Notes: a model not told the origin generated them from the sequence alone. A stretch of DNA of 59,954 nucleotides from Negaprion brevirostris (GCA_030324005.1 JARDVH010000140.1:15262115-15322068); one strand, 5' to 3'. Positions 13,560-27,404 are shown, counted from the stretch's first letter. Made by a program: numbers and translations.

Positions 13560-16500
13560 ATTCCCACGGGTGGAGGGGCGATAACGGCGATGCTTTCTGA
13601 ATATTACTGCACAGGATTCACAAGCACATGCTGTCTTTTTGATCTGGAAGTCAATGCCTGGCCACCAAAAATAGCTCCTGGCAATCTTTCATTCACATCA
13701 CAACTGGTTGCCTTTGGCGCATTTCATCTAGCACCTTCCTATGTGGGAGGAATGACCACTCTCAAACCCCACAAAAGACATCAGCTGAGGGGGATACTCA
13801 GCCATCTGCTGTCTTCCAGGATATAATCATTCTGCAAAGGGTGGAAGGAGGATGCCATGTGCAGGTAAAGGGCTAAAGACCAAATTCCTGCTTTGGGAAT
13901 GGACTGAGATCATTCAATGGTTGACTGAATCAACCATTGATTGTTCAATTATATCCTTTCGTAGATACAAGGAGCAGAGGAGAATGCAAGCTGCAGAGTA
14001 CGCTGCTTTATTGATAGCAATTACTAGAATGAGAAGAGTGGCCCTTGATTGTTTGACCCCACATCCCTTTTCACCGACTGACAACTCCAGGAAAACGGGC
14101 CCTGCTTACTCTTGCTCCTCAGGGCAATGCAGGAAGTCTCAAGCCAATTCTGTGGAACAGCAAAATCCACAGACATTTGGCGTGACCAAGGAATTTAGAA
14201 GATGCAGATCATACATGGAGATGAGTAAAAGACTGTATCACAGGCATCTTACTGTATCGTCTAGGGATGGGGTAGCTCACATTCTCCAGCTTCTCCATGA
14301 AGAACCCTTGTCACAAGGACATGGAAGGCATCCCTTGCTGGTTGCTTATCATTGTGCTAAACCTGTTTGCTAGTGCATCCATCCAGGGCACCATTGGTGG
14401 CATGAAAGAGCGTAAGGAAGGTGACAGATGCCTTTTTCAATAAAGCTCACCATCGCAACCAGCCCCACATAAATGATGCAAGTCAGGCTGCCAGATTTGC
14501 AGCGATCTCAGGTTTCCAATAAGTCCAACACATCATCAACCGCTCAAACATGGTCTGAGAGCTACCCGGCAGCCTGAGAGGTTCATTAATAGAAAGGAAT
14601 TCACACTCTGAATGTTCAGCTAATTTGTGATCACAGCAAGCGGATACAGTATGTTTGTGTTAGGTACCCAGGATTCTCAGAACTCCTCCATTTTGAGTCA
14701 CTCACAGGTATCTTTGAGGGACGTCAATATTTGGAGGATTGGCTCCTCAATGACATAGGGTACCTCCAGAAGACATGGCTAATGGCATGTGTTCATTGGC
14801 CAGAGTGTATCTGAGGAGATCTACAATGCAGCACATGCTGTCACAAGTTCCCTAATAGATCAAACAATTGGTTTAAAGATACATAGGCCAGTCAGACTCA
14901 GAGTGTGTGTTTGCTGCAGGAATGGCAAAGCAGGCACTCACTCACGAATGAACAATACAGAGGCATCATCTTATTCGTAATCCCCATTAGGCCTTTGCAC
15001 ATCAGGGCACAGTGACTCTCCATCATGCACCCAAAGCTGCAAGGTTTCAAAGCAGGAATGGCCTACTCCTGCTTCTAGTTTCTATGTTTCACAATCTTGC
15101 ACTGCAAAGTGGGCATGTCCAGAAGGAGACATTGAGGAACTCATTGCCTTGGATGAGGAGAAAGTAGAAGAAAATGGCTAAGAAAAGGGTGAGCATTCAG
15201 ACAAGCCACATGAAGATGCCACTGCAAGGGCATAACATGACAGATGTGCCTGTGACAACCCCAAAGCTCCAAGATTCCATTAGGAAAAAGCCGATGACAA
15301 ATATTGACTGTCAAAGTTCTACAACAACACCTTCATTCTCAGCGTGAACTTNNNNNNNNNNNNNNNNNNNNNNNNNNNNNNNNNNNNNNNNNNNNNNNNN
15401 NNNNNNNNNNNNNNNNNNNNNNNNNNNNNNNNNNNNNNNNNNNNNNNNNNNGTGAACATCTCAGAAAAGGTGAGACATCTCACCAAGATCAGAGAAGCAG
15501 TATGTCACCATATGTGCTCATGATGGGGTCATGCTTGGAAAAGACAGCAGCCTTGTGGATATGTGGTCACTGTGGAACGTGATTAGTATTCCATTAGCAT
15601 ATACATCCTTAAGCAATGTTATGTAGCGCTGTCCCTTCAACCATGACATCACTAAGTCAGTGAACATGCCAGCTTTCAAGTGGCTGAAAAGCCAATGCAT
15701 TCTTGGATATACTTATGTGTGTGAAACTAGCTTAGCAAGCCAGCCTGAACAAATAAAAACATTTGTCAGTGGTTTACCCTTCCAACGTTTCAGTGGGGAG
15801 CAGCATCTGGGGAACTTCACCTCTCCAATCGTCAGCTTTCACGAATGAATAATACAGAGGCATCATCTTATTTGTAACGCCCAACAGGTCTTTGCACATC
15901 AGGACACAGTGACTCTCCATCACGCACACAAAGCTGCAAGGTTTGTTTTCACAGGACCATGCTTTGATTATCTACGAACACTCAGGACTCTGCATTTGTC
16001 GGAAGACTGCTAAGTTTCTGTCTTGGATCATCTTTGCATTAGGGAGAAACATGGATCAGTCAGTAGTGACACAGCAGTCAATGACAACTTCTTCCCTCCA
16101 CACACTTTGCTGAGGACTGAGATATGCAAAAGCATCATTTTAAGAGCATGACAGTCCTTGACATTGTCCACCTTTTCCTATATACATTAAGTCAATGGGT
16201 GCATTGTCATGCAATGAATACCATACCAATTGTGTGCTGTGTCTATATTTAAGGTTCATGTAAGATATTGCCGAGCAGCCACCCAGGAGCAATGTCAGAT
16301 CCTCGCAAGGAGATGGCTTCATCAAGATAAAAACACACATCTGACATCACAGACTCACGTCCAACTGCCAGACATGTGTAATATTCCCAACTGATTCTTA
16401 AATGCATGAGGAGAGTGGCGATCAGCCTTAAATGCAGAGACAATAAGGAGCTAGAGGCATGAAAGCCTATGGTGCTCGAAGTTTAACACTACCTTATAAA

Positions 16501-19130
16501 ACAAACGCCATTGCAAAGAACATTTTGGAGAAATTATTATAAAGTTCGTTGAGAAATACTTGTGCTATCCACAAAACAACAGACAGCAGTGCAACAGCAG
16601 TAGGATAATCAGCAACCTTGATGAGCAATTCTCCTAAACTCAAATGTTTGCCTTAGATTTAAGGATGACAGTAATATGGCCAACTATCAATGTCACATAT
16701 GATGTGCCTTTGCTGATGTTGCAGATGCTGAAATAGAAGCTGCGCACTGAGACTGCGTGAGAAGTAATGCAACTGAAGTTTGAGCTGTGAGTTCATTGTG
16801 TGGGGCACATGTTTGACTCTTGAATGAATGCAGGACCTTGAATCACAAAGATTAGCCATTGGATCCATGAGATCTGGAGACAGATTAACGTAAAATATAT
16901 TGATACAGTGAAAAGTATGTACAATGAGTGAATGTCAGTGCCACCAGTGCATACAAAACTTAATTTTTCTAACCCCACTGTTATATCTAGATGTGGCTTG
17001 ACATCTGCAACAGAGGTGCAGGCAGCTTGCTGATGACTGTTCNNNNNNNNNNGCCACAGTCTTCTAACAGTTTCCTGTTCTGCAGCAGATGCGCCTTCCT
17101 AGTATAATCTGTTAGAGTTGATGGGGTCATTGGTAGAAGGGAATTAAGAGTGGCAAAGCACTCTTGGAGTGCCCTGGGTGGATGCCCATGGGTCTCTAGC
17201 TTGTACTCCTCCTCCTTTTGGATTCCCGACATCTCCATAAATCCTTGAGGAGAAGCAGCACCTGGAGATTAATTGAGTTGCCCAGTCCCCCGCTAGCCTA
17301 GCTACTGCTAGATTACATCCATGCCTACAGCAAACATGTGCAGGACTGAGTACAATCCAGCAGAAATCTCTGGACTTGGTTCTCAAGGCAGCTGCCACTC
17401 TTCCAATGGAGGCTTCCATGCGCTCATATGCTGGAGCCATAACATCAGGCAGAGTGTGGACAGACTGCTCCATTCTTCGTTCCAGTCTGCCTGATGTTCC
17501 AATTTGTCTGTTTCTGCACCTCCAACATTTCTCTTAGAGCCAATTCTAGAGGCTTATCATCAGACTCAGCAGGGGCCAGATCTCCAGCAGTTGTTCACAT
17601 GTCAGAGACCTCAGCTGTCACTACCTCCACTAGCTGTGAGATGATCATCAGATTGTGAACCTAAACCTATTCTAGAATTAGGTCCCACCGAGGTGCATAT
17701 ATCTGAACTGGTGGAGGATGTAGATGAACACAATGATGGTTCTTCATCAGATGGTTGATCTGCTCTTTTAGCAGAAATAATCTGGGGGCTGGAGAAGGAT
17801 TTTTTTTTTTATTGTTGGTATCTGGAATAGAGAAGATTACTCAGCAGGCTTATACACTCGAGACTGTTTTAAGGATTTGTTTAGTAGGTATCACTGAAAG
17901 GGTGAGGCTTTTAAGGTTGAACAGTAGTGGTTATCGGTAACATAATTATTTATTTACGTACAAAGTATAGTCCAGAGTATGAGCCAATTCTATGCTTACT
18001 TCTCTACAAGTTTGCATACTCTTAGTCTGACTCATCCTTGCCATGGCTCTATACAGCGGGTGGTATTGTTTTCCAGTCTCACATTAACCCTTGCTATGTC
18101 AAACATTCTAATAGATCACTCAGTTATTTGTCTGGATGTTGTTGATGTACGCTAGATGTACCCTCACTGGCCAGTGAGGGGGCTGATCTTGTGTTCCACA
18201 TGAGAAGGATCAATTCCGTCATTTGTTCCTTGAATGGGGAGTGTCCTCAAATCTGGGGTCAACCCTCCCATCTTGACTCTCTCCCTTTTGTCATGGGAGA
18301 TCTTGTCCTGCATAAAAACAAATAGATTGACTGTGCGCATTATGGATGAAAGAGCAGTTCAAATGCAGGCATGCCTGTTGTGTCTGCTGAGCCCTCCCCG
18401 GTAAGGGATTAAGACGCAGGATCTTGCATGATTCTCCGCCAGCATTTAAAGTGGTTGGCAGATTATCAGTGTTGATGTCCCATCTGCTGGTAATGTATGA
18501 CATCGTTCTGGATTCTAACTCTTAGATTGCCTGATGCCCTTTTGTGAGCGTGAGCTTGGGGTAGAAGTTTAACTACACTGGCAGAGCAGATCATTCATTC
18601 TTTCGTCTTTTCTGGAGAGCCTGGAGGAGAATCCTCAGGGAGGCTTTGCTGAAATGTGGTGCTGATGGTTCGGTTTTTATTGGTGCCTGAAGTGCAACAG
18701 AACACTGAGTGTCCAGGGTACTGTTTAAATATACCAGAATCTTTGACCCTGAGAAAAAACAGTGGGGAAGATGAATCCCTGCCCACCCTGCCAAGAGATT
18801 GGCCAAGCTTCTCGCTGGTGCATAATTAATCAGCAGAATAGTGAAGATCATGCNNNNNNNNNNNNNNNNNNNNNNNNNNNNNNNNNNNNNNNNNNNNNNN
18901 NNNNNNNNNNNNNNNNNNNNNNNNNNNNNNNNNNNNNNNNNNNNNNNNNNNNNCCACCGGGATCTTCCATTTCTGCCAACAAGATCCCCCCTATAGGATC
19001 CCTGGCGACAGATGGTACAAACAACAGGTTAATGTACTGACAGCGACAGGACTGGAAGATCTTGTTGTTGGGCACTGGCAGGCTGCCTCTGGAAAACACG
19101 CTGGGGAGTGGGCAGAATATCCTGCTGATT
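13560..19130. mobile_element. Large decayed two-gene PIF/Harbinger element
   Basis: Plus-strand transposase remnants at about 14170-15250 (FRRCRSYMEMS, FINRK, LNVQLICDH, YNAAHAVTSSLIDQTIG, HNLALQ, acidic tail); minus-strand Myb/SANT-like remnants at about 16990-18700 (APHFSKASLRILLQAL, RMNDL); ends approximate. Confidence 0.7.
17865..18293 (-). mobile_element. Probable solo LTR nested in the Harbinger element
   Basis: TG...CA termini and a minus-strand AATAAA, separating the Myb-like remnants; no clean TSD found. Confidence 0.35.
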
Positions 19131-19267
19131 GTGTTTCGTGTTGTTTTGAAAAATTAGTTATTTCTGCTTTGAGTCACTGTTACAAACTATGTTACATAAA
19201 ATGCCACATTATTTACAGTAATGACCTTGATCCATAAGTAAACATATAAAATTATTGTATTCTTTAC

Positions 19268-19348
19268 CTGAGTTCCAGTCCTCAATCTAGTTACTGGGGC
19301 ATGGATTTTTATCCCTTTTAGCTGAATCACTTCTACAGTCACTTCATC
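19268..19348 (-). CDS. NUP210L: NUP210L-like exon 14
   Basis: AAG|GAT...CAG|GTAAAG; 81 nt; DEVTVEVIQLKGIKIHAPVTRLRTGTQ. Confidence 0.92.
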
Positions 19349-19855
19349 CTTTTGTCAAAACATAAAACTCCAGTTACTCTTAAGAGGAATCTTATACTTG
19401 TATAGCCCTTTGGAAGCTGTTGATTGATGTATGTAGCTTTAAAGTACACATACATCCCAGCCTTCTGAAAAAAACTGCTTGTACACTATTTAAAAAGCAA
19501 ACAAGTCAGTGCATTAGATGGGCACAAAATGACTACAGCACTTGTAGAAAAAAGTTAGTCACCTTCACTTACGTAATTATTTTTAGGTCTTCATCAAAAT
19601 CTAAAACATTTAAATGAGAACAGCTTCAGTTTTCAAGTAAAACCTACAAAGTAACTGTGGAACACAAACCTCTACCCCCACCCAACCCCCACCTGTTGCC
19701 CCAGCTGTGGCCACTGCTCACAGTGATACTGCTGAGATGCAGACCTGTTTAACAAGCAAGCTAGCCGGTAACTCCACGACAGGACTTTGTTCAGAGTGAG
19801 CGGTGGATGTTCCACCTCTAGGTTGTCAGAGGGCTGACTTTGGTGGGGGGAGGGA

Positions 19856-20110
19856 ATGTTGAGGAGGAACTTCTTCACTCAAAGGGTGGTGAATCTCTGG
19901 AATTCTCTACCCGTTGAAGTGGTGGAGGCTGCCTNNNNNNNNNNNNNNNNNNNNNNNNNNNNNNNNNNNNNNNNNNNNNNNNNNNNNNNNNNNNNNNNNN
20001 NNNNNNNNNNNNNNNNNNNNNNNNNNNNNNNNNNGCCATGATCTTACTGAATGGCGGGGCAGGCTCGAAGGGCTAGAAGGCCTACTCCTGCTCCTATTTC
20101 TTATGTTCTT
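19856..20110 (+). mobile_element. CR1 LINE 3' end
   Basis: RRNFFTQRVVNLWNSLP C-terminus plus tail cctactcctgctcctatttcttatgttctta. Confidence 0.85.
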
Positions 20111-20453
20111 ACGTGTTCCCCACCAACTTTTCAGGTGGCCAGGTGGGACATTCCATTAAATTTTGTTCAATAAGTACAGCAAACAGTTTGAATAAACGTC
20201 ATTCCTCAAACACACGGGTTGGAATTCTCAAGCTGTCCATGCCGGTGGTGAGGCCAGAGAATCCCATCTTTAAATTTTGGGCAGAAAACATTAAGTCTCA
20301 CACTTATGTAATACATTGAAATGGCAGAGGATGAATATCTAATCCAATCTCCCATTATCCAGCATAAATTTTGGAAGGTAAATCTTAGAAGCTTTAAAGG
20401 AACTCATCTTTTATCTGTTCTTTCTTTTACAGCAGATCTCTGTCACAAATTAT

Positions 20454-20556
20454 GGCTGGGATTCTCCGATCCCGCTGCAGTGAATGGAAATTCAACCGAG
20501 CACCAAATTCTCAGTTCTCGCTGACAGCGGTGGTGGGGTGCAGGAGAATCCCGGCC
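20454..20556. mobile_element. 103-bp MITE, Harbinger-type
   Basis: TIRs GGCTGGGATTCTCC / GGAGAATCCCGGCC (13 of 14 complementary); flanks TAT / TAG. Confidence 0.75.
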
Positions 20557-21460
20557 TAGATGTTGTGTTTATAAAGTTGATCTCCAAAATCTACAATGGG
20601 TTTCAAACATTTCTTATTTCTATTCATTAGAAATTACCATGCAAAGTTTTCACATCAAAGTAAAATAGACTTAACATGATAGCTGAAACATAGAATTGAA
20701 GGTTGAGCACATTACTTATTCAAATTCAGACATCCTCTCTCTGCCAAGGTCGTCAGAAAAATTGCTCCACAATACTGACTCCTTTTCCCCACCACAGGCA
20801 TTCTTAAGGCCAACCGGCGACATTTTGACAACCACTGGATGGGAAGGTGATTGTTTTATTAATTAAGTTAAATATTACATGTGTAATTTTGCCAGAATAA
20901 ATAATAACAAATCATCATTTAAACAAATTTTATCATTCTTAATGTAAAACTGCAAGACTGTTTCAAGAATCAAAAGCGTAATAACTCAGGAAGCCAATTG
21001 GAAAGGAATGGTGTTTTATTTCATAAAACAAAAGTAAACGACAAGCTTGTGGTGCATATATACAAATCCTATCTGGGATGATAGAATTATGCATCTGCTC
21101 AGAAGCCCTTTTATAAAGGACTTGGGATATGAGTTTCACCTGTTTTGGTAACTACCTATCACCAGAGGAACTTGTATTCCATGAGTCCCACTGTGAGATC
21201 AACCAGGAATTCCTTATGCAATTCCTCGGGGTTATCACAAGAAGTTGGAAAATCTTTCTACAACTACTGATTTTTTTTTGGTAGGAATTCACAAAACCAG
21301 AGACAGTAAATGTAAACCTCATTAATTTGCTTTTGATTGGCAAAAATGACAAGAAGCCTTTGATGCATGAAACCAATAGCCCTTATTTCATGAGCCAAAT
21401 TAAAAGTGGGGTCTTTGGGTGGAAGTCTATAGCAGACTCAATGGCAAAAAGTAATATTAC

Positions 21461-21640
21461 CTTAGAGAAAACAACCACCCTTCCTGTGTCATCGTCGACA
21501 GCTTGGACAATACCAGTCACTTTTGTGGTTCCCACCACCAGGGCAGTCAGCTGCCCTAATTCATTTACCTTGGCAATGGTGTTATTATTAATTGAGAAAT
21601 AAATATTTGACTGTGGTTGTGGACCACCTTCAGACATCAC
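21461..21640 (-). CDS. NUP210L: NUP210L-like exon 13
   Basis: CAG|GTG...AAG|GTAATA; 180 nt; VMSEGGPQPQSNIYFSINNNTIAKVNELGQLTALVVGTTKVTGIVQAVDDDTGRVVVFSK (SEGGPQPQS motif). Confidence 0.95.
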
Positions 21641-22194
21641 CTGCAATCAATTGCAACACATGGATTAGAAAATGCTAATTTTCTTTATGAAACAAAGCTT
21701 GTAACCAACATCTCTCAAAATAAAAGAATGTTTATTACTTCTCAGATGAAAATTCTTTTTCCCAGATATTTTCCCAACAGATTTAGCTTACTGTTTTCTC
21801 ATACGTGCAATTGACTCTGGGACATGCATGTGTAAACAACATTAGTTTAAAGGATACAGGAGATAATTCCTCACAAGTTTTCTCTTTGTGAATTTATTTA
21901 CTTCTCCATCTTTATATCTTATTGCCAACAAATCTATTTCCAGCCCATTCAGAGGCAGCAGGATTCCTCCTGTAACTCCACCATTCTTGATTTTTACTTT
22001 AATTTCCCTTTGCTATTGAGTGATTAGATTCTAAATGGTGCTGATCTCTGATGGTAAAAGATTAGAAATAATGGGAGAGGTGGCAATGAATCAATGTTTT
22101 GTTGATGTTTGGATCACTGCCATTTTTTGCTTTAATACAACAGCATACTGGGTGGAAAAAGTTACCTTTCTATACTTGCATATTCTGTACAAGG

Positions 22195-22610
22195 AGGCCT
22201 CATGGCACAGTAGATAGAGTTCCTGCTTCTGAGCCAGAAACTCTGGGTTTAAATACCATTCCAGGGCTTTATGGCCAAAGAAGGTACATTCATACCATAA
22301 TCAAAGAGATTGACCATCAGTTTGCAAATCCTTCCAATCAACAATACAGCAACATTCTTATGTAATATGTAATGGGAGAGATTCCTGGTCAGCCATGAGA
22401 TGGAAAGAAATTGCAGCCCCTTTCTTCACTATCCATAGCTCCAAGCTACAACATGCATGTAGAAGTCTATGTTGCCACAACAACTTGGATTCCTTTTGGG
22501 GATTAGTTGGCTCAGTAGACTGGACAGCCAGTGTGGATCAGATTGATGCCAATAGCACAGGATTTGATCCACGTTCCAGCTAGGAGGGATTCAGGACCTG
22601 CCTTCTTATC
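22195..22610 (+). mobile_element. Two old degenerate tRNA-like SINE heads
   Basis: catggcacagtagatagag...ctgggtttaaatacc and ttggctcagtag...ggatttgatcc resemble decayed pol III A/B boxes. Confidence 0.4.
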
Positions 22611-23439
22611 TGAACTGTAGTGGAGATTATGGTGCTTTGGGTCAGACCCACCTTGTGAACTGAAGAAGAATATTCAATTTGCATATCAGGAGCTCTTTAA
22701 TAAATTCTGGTACTTCTTGATATAGAAGCATGTAAAATTTAAATGTTGTTCTCTTTGAATCAAATTTAGAAATATAATTCTGAGATGAATTGCATTCACT
22801 AATTTAAATAATGTATACCGTTCTACAAAAGGCCATTCACCTTATAGCACAGGTAATAGCACTACATACAATAATCAATGAAGATTTTGCTGATGATTGT
22901 TAGAAAAATATATTTGGATATGTTAAAGAATATCACTATAATCACCTCAGTATTCAGTAGTTAACATGCTTACTTCAGAATTGCTTGATTGTTCTCAGAC
23001 CTCATAATGGGCTTTGCTGGGTCTTAGCTAATTTGTGATTTGAACTATCATACAATAAAGACATTTAGGGCTAATGAAGGAAATTTTGTGAATGCTATGT
23101 TACATTTCAGTAGTTCAATAGCCAAACAAATGCATGGGAGGCACAAGGGTAAGTTGAATAAATTAGGGCCATCTCAATTAATATCAATAATTTACTCAAA
23201 AATGGAATTGAGGTCAGCCAAAGCAAATCTTCTAGTGGCTCCAAGCAGGTATAAAGCGCAATTCTAAACCTACTAACATCAATTTCCCATTTAACAAGAC
23301 AAAAATAAGGCCAGTACAGTATGTACGAAAACCAATATATAATGTTGTGCAGTTTTCTCAGAGCATTATTTTTAATATTTTATATAATTTACACTGTGCA
23401 TCCCAAGTTCATCATAAGGTTCTCAATTATTAAGACCAT

Positions 23440-23557
23440 GGCCAGAATTTTCCACTAGTTCACATCCCACTGCCATTGCAAGAGAAGACGGAGAATCCCT
23501 TCACTGCAGCAGAACTAGAGAAACTCGCCAGTGTGAACAGCTGGAAAAGTCCAGATC
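23440..23557. mobile_element. Short MITE, Harbinger-type
   Basis: GGCCAGAATTTTCC ... GGAAAAGTCCAG degenerate TIRs. Confidence 0.5.
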
Positions 23558-23708
23558 ATATCTGTTATAAATGTACATTGGCTTCTAGTCTTTTTTAAAT
23601 TGATTTTATGCTATAATTCAGAAAATATTTGGCCCCCATGGAATAGCAGTGTTCTTAAATCCTCTATTCATGCAATAAGAAAACACGTATGAACTTATGT
23701 TTACAAAC

Positions 23709-23771
23709 CTGCATCATGCCACCAATGATCAATGTCACTTTCCGTGGGATTAATCTAAAAGGTGGGAAGAT
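23709..23771 (-). CDS. NUP210L: NUP210L-like exon 12
   Basis: CAG|ATC...CAG|GTTTGT; 63 nt; IFPPFRLIPRKVTLIIGGMMQ. Confidence 0.92.
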
Positions 23772-24643
23772 CTGAAGCCAATGTAAATTATAGGTTAGCA
23801 TCACATGAGCAATCTTATAAATCCACATTTAACTTTTTTTTTTACGCAAATAAACTTGCACACAACATGTACGAATGTATTAACCCATGTTACTAATTTA
23901 GAAAACAACATGGCTCTATGATTGACACAAAAGCAAAATACTGCAAAGGCTGGACACCTGAATAAAAACAAAAAACTGCTGGAAATACTCAAAGGTTACG
24001 CTGTATCTGTGGACAAGAACAGATTTGATGGCCAGAGTTTTATCGCCTTGCAGAATGGAATTTTCCGGTGGCCTTTGGCGGGATTTTACGAGCCTTGCCT
24101 GAGCGAGTTATAACATCCTGGCCGACATTTCAGGGTGGGATGATCTCTCATCAGAATTTCAGAGTTAAAAGGGGCAAGAGTGCAGTGCTCAAGCTCTATT
24201 CTTCAGCATGTTACTCAGCAACATTTCTGTCCCTTTCCCGTAGCCTATGGCCAGTATTCCCCCAAGCAAGGAAACTGTATGCTGCGTGGGACCCTGATTC
24301 TCACCATTATTTACACGATTTGGGTAATGAAAGAACAGCCAGCAGTTTATGTACCAGAAGGAAAATTTCTGGCAGGCCTCCTTGGTTTATTTTCTCACTG
24401 CTTCTATATTCCCCCCAACTTGGGATAGTATATTGAAGAAAAATCATCACTTTGACACAAATATTCCCATAGAACACAAGCACTGCTACTTTACTGTTCA
24501 GGGAAAGCATCATTCTATTGAAATTGTGCAGTATGTCCTCAGGGTGTTCAAATCCATTAGTGTTTGCATTGCGTTTAAATTAAATATATATATGTCAACA
24601 CTGGCTAACTCGTATTTATGATAATAAAAGGAAACAAACTCAC

Positions 24644-24776
24644 TTCAATCTGACGTGGGGCAGAGCTCAACTTTCGACCATTTTTGTCTCTAACAGTTGC
24701 CACAAGAGTGGTTTGACCCAAAGCCACAGCTCTAATTAAGTAACTTGCAGCATATTTATCTAAATCAGTAATTGTT
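24644..24776 (-). CDS. NUP210L: NUP210L-like exon 11
   Basis: CAG|A...GAA|GTGAGT; 133 nt, phase 2 to 0; TITDLDKYAASYLIRAVALGQTTLVATVRDKNGRKLSSAPRQIE. Confidence 0.92.
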
Positions 24777-26532
24777 CTGAAAATGAAAATGTTTGTGAAA
24801 ATGCTGTGATTTATGAAATATCTCGTAAATATTTACGATTATTATAAATTATTCTAGCATAATGCTTAACACCAAAATTCTTCTTCAGTTTGGATAAGTC
24901 CAGAGTTTGGATCTCTCCACATTAAATAATCTCCAAAGTACACAACATTCCCAAGCTAAGAAAATCAACTGATTTGCTGGTTATATGCAAAATCATCCTT
25001 ATCCCTTCCCATTCCAATATGAATTCCATCTTTAATCAATTGCAAATTGGGAGATTTGAAAATGGGATCATGTTCAGCTGTTGGGGGACTTGCCTGTTGG
25101 CTGAGAGCTAAAGAGAAATCTGTGCTGTCTCTTTATAGCAAGGCCCACTGCACCACAAAGCAGTGGTGAGGCCAGCTGCAGGCCTTCCTCTGGAATCAAG
25201 ACCCCAGGTGCAGAGGTTCTACCTGTTGTGCATTCTGTATGTCAACAGGCCTACCCACCACTGGGTTAATTCTAGCATCTGTGAGATGGAGCTCTTAAGT
25301 GGTCATTAATTAGCAATTTAACAACTGCAATGGGCAGCAGGGAGGGAAGGTCAACAATGGGCCTTCGCACCAAGAAATTAATTCTAGTACAGATGATGGG
25401 TTCTGGTTCCCTAACATTCAACTGCACGCCCTTCCCATTACCAAGCTCTCCACCAGCAAGAGCAGAAGATTTTGTCTATGTATACAATTACAGGGCTTCC
25501 ATAAATTCCAAGCCAATTTTCAACATCTATTAAGTATGTCTCTTCAGGTTGAACTCCGACAAAGAATTACTGGATCATATCCGATAAATGGTGAGGAAAA
25601 AAAATCTATCAAGCACGTACATTGGAATTGAGAGCAGAATCTCTCAAAATGCAGTCAATGGCTAAAGCTTCCCACTGGCATAACAAATCCAGCAAATTTC
25701 ATCAATATTGCTATTCTTATTCTTATCCCTGAGCTCTTTTTATCTTCCTCATCCTTATCTTTTATTTTTGTTTGCCTTCTCTATATCTCCATCGTTCTTT
25801 TTCACTTGTTTTTACTCTTTCATTTTCCTTGACTTGTTATTTTTCTCACATNNNNNNNNNNNNNNNNNNNNNNNNNNNNNNNNNNNNNNNNNNNNNNNNN
25901 NNNNNNNNNNNNNNNNNNNNNNNNNNNNNNNNNNNNNNNNNNNNNNNNNNNTTGTTATTTTTCTCACATTTTTCATTTATCCCCTCCTGTAGGTTCCTTT
26001 ATTTCTCTTCTTTCTCATTTTACACTTTACTTTTAGGCCTTCCCTTTATTACCTAAAGTGAGATAGACCTGGTCACTGTGTATTAGTGCCACCAATCCTG
26101 TCAAATGGGTGAATAGGATGAGAGTCAGTCTATGGGAAAAGACAGTTTTTAAGGTAGCTGATCAGGAGCCAGATAGCAGGCAGACCAGACGGATCTTCGG
26201 CCCTCAAGCTTGAGAACTCCAATATTACTAAGTAGTGAAAGTTAATATCAAGCTATATAGCTACTGCTGCAGATGAATGTTTTTCTACGTCAACAAACAA
26301 ATTGCAAAAGGATGGGATTTTGTGACCCTGGCGCTCTGGTTTCTGTCATGACAAATGCCACAAGCCAGCCAAAGGTTCGGTGACATGGGTGAGACCTGAA
26401 GATGCTGTCTCTGTTAGCCAGAAAATAATGATCTTTGTAAGAAATACGAATTTTAGTTCTGATATTTTTGGTTCGTCTTTTTAAAATGCCATTTTCAAAC
26501 AATTACACCATCTGAATTTTGCTCAATACTTA

Positions 26533-26694
<162 letters not shown>

Positions 26695-27096
26695 CTACAA
26701 ACTCTGGCTCATTTTCCACCCTGGTCCCATACAGACTTCTTTACACCACTCTTTGGCTGAGGGATTTTCTTTGAACCGTTCCCCACCCATCAAAGTGCTA
26801 TTGATTTAAATATAGGCATTTAGAAGTACTAGGTTAATATTAGATTACAAAAATGTAATCCCAAGGAAGTTAGCTGCATGGAGCGTTAATTTCTCTGACA
26901 TGTACGGGAATGTTTATTCCATCAGAAAATAATTTAACACAAAAAAACAGAAAATGTTGGAAAATCTCAGCCGGTCTGATAGCATCTGTGGAGAAACAAC
27001 AGCTTTGAGTCTGGTTGACCCTCATAAACTGCTCAGAAGTAGTAATAGCATAACATAATGTTTTTCATTATATTTGCATATCTACAATGCACTTAC

Positions 27097-27225
27097 CTTG
27101 TGAATAAGATCTAGCTCAAAATCTAATACATCTGAAACATAGATTTCTGCTCTGGCTGGACCTTTGCATGTCAGGCATAGATCATATGCTTTCATTGTCA
27201 CAATTCCAGGTTGTAGTGGCCTTAT
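27097..27225 (-). CDS. NUP210L: NUP210L-like exon 9
   Basis: CAG|ATA...AAG|GTAAGT; 129 nt; IRPLQPGIVTMKAYDLCLTCKGPARAEIYVSDVLDFELDLIHK. Confidence 0.92.
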
Positions 27226-27302
27226 CTGCAACAACAAAAATGGGAGTGTCAATGCAAGCAAAACAAAAATGTAGAAAGACTTTCTGAGAACTTGATACTA
27301 AC

Positions 27303-27404
27303 TTGTACGTAATTTTTGGCCTCCAGATACTTGCTAGTCAAAATCTCAGTGTCTGTAGTATTAACGAAAAAATATCCAGAGCCCTCAGTTAAATAAATTA
27401 CTTC
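27303..27404 (-). CDS. NUP210L: NUP210L-like exon 8
   Basis: TAG|GAA...CAA|GTTAGT; 102 nt; EVIYLTEGSGYFFVNTTDTEILTSKYLEAKNYVQ (EGSGYF motif). Confidence 0.9.

Noticed and set aside
13852-14373. 173-aa ORF as a HARBI1-like host gene
   Set aside because: Downstream catalytic motifs are broken by stops, frameshifts and an insertion.
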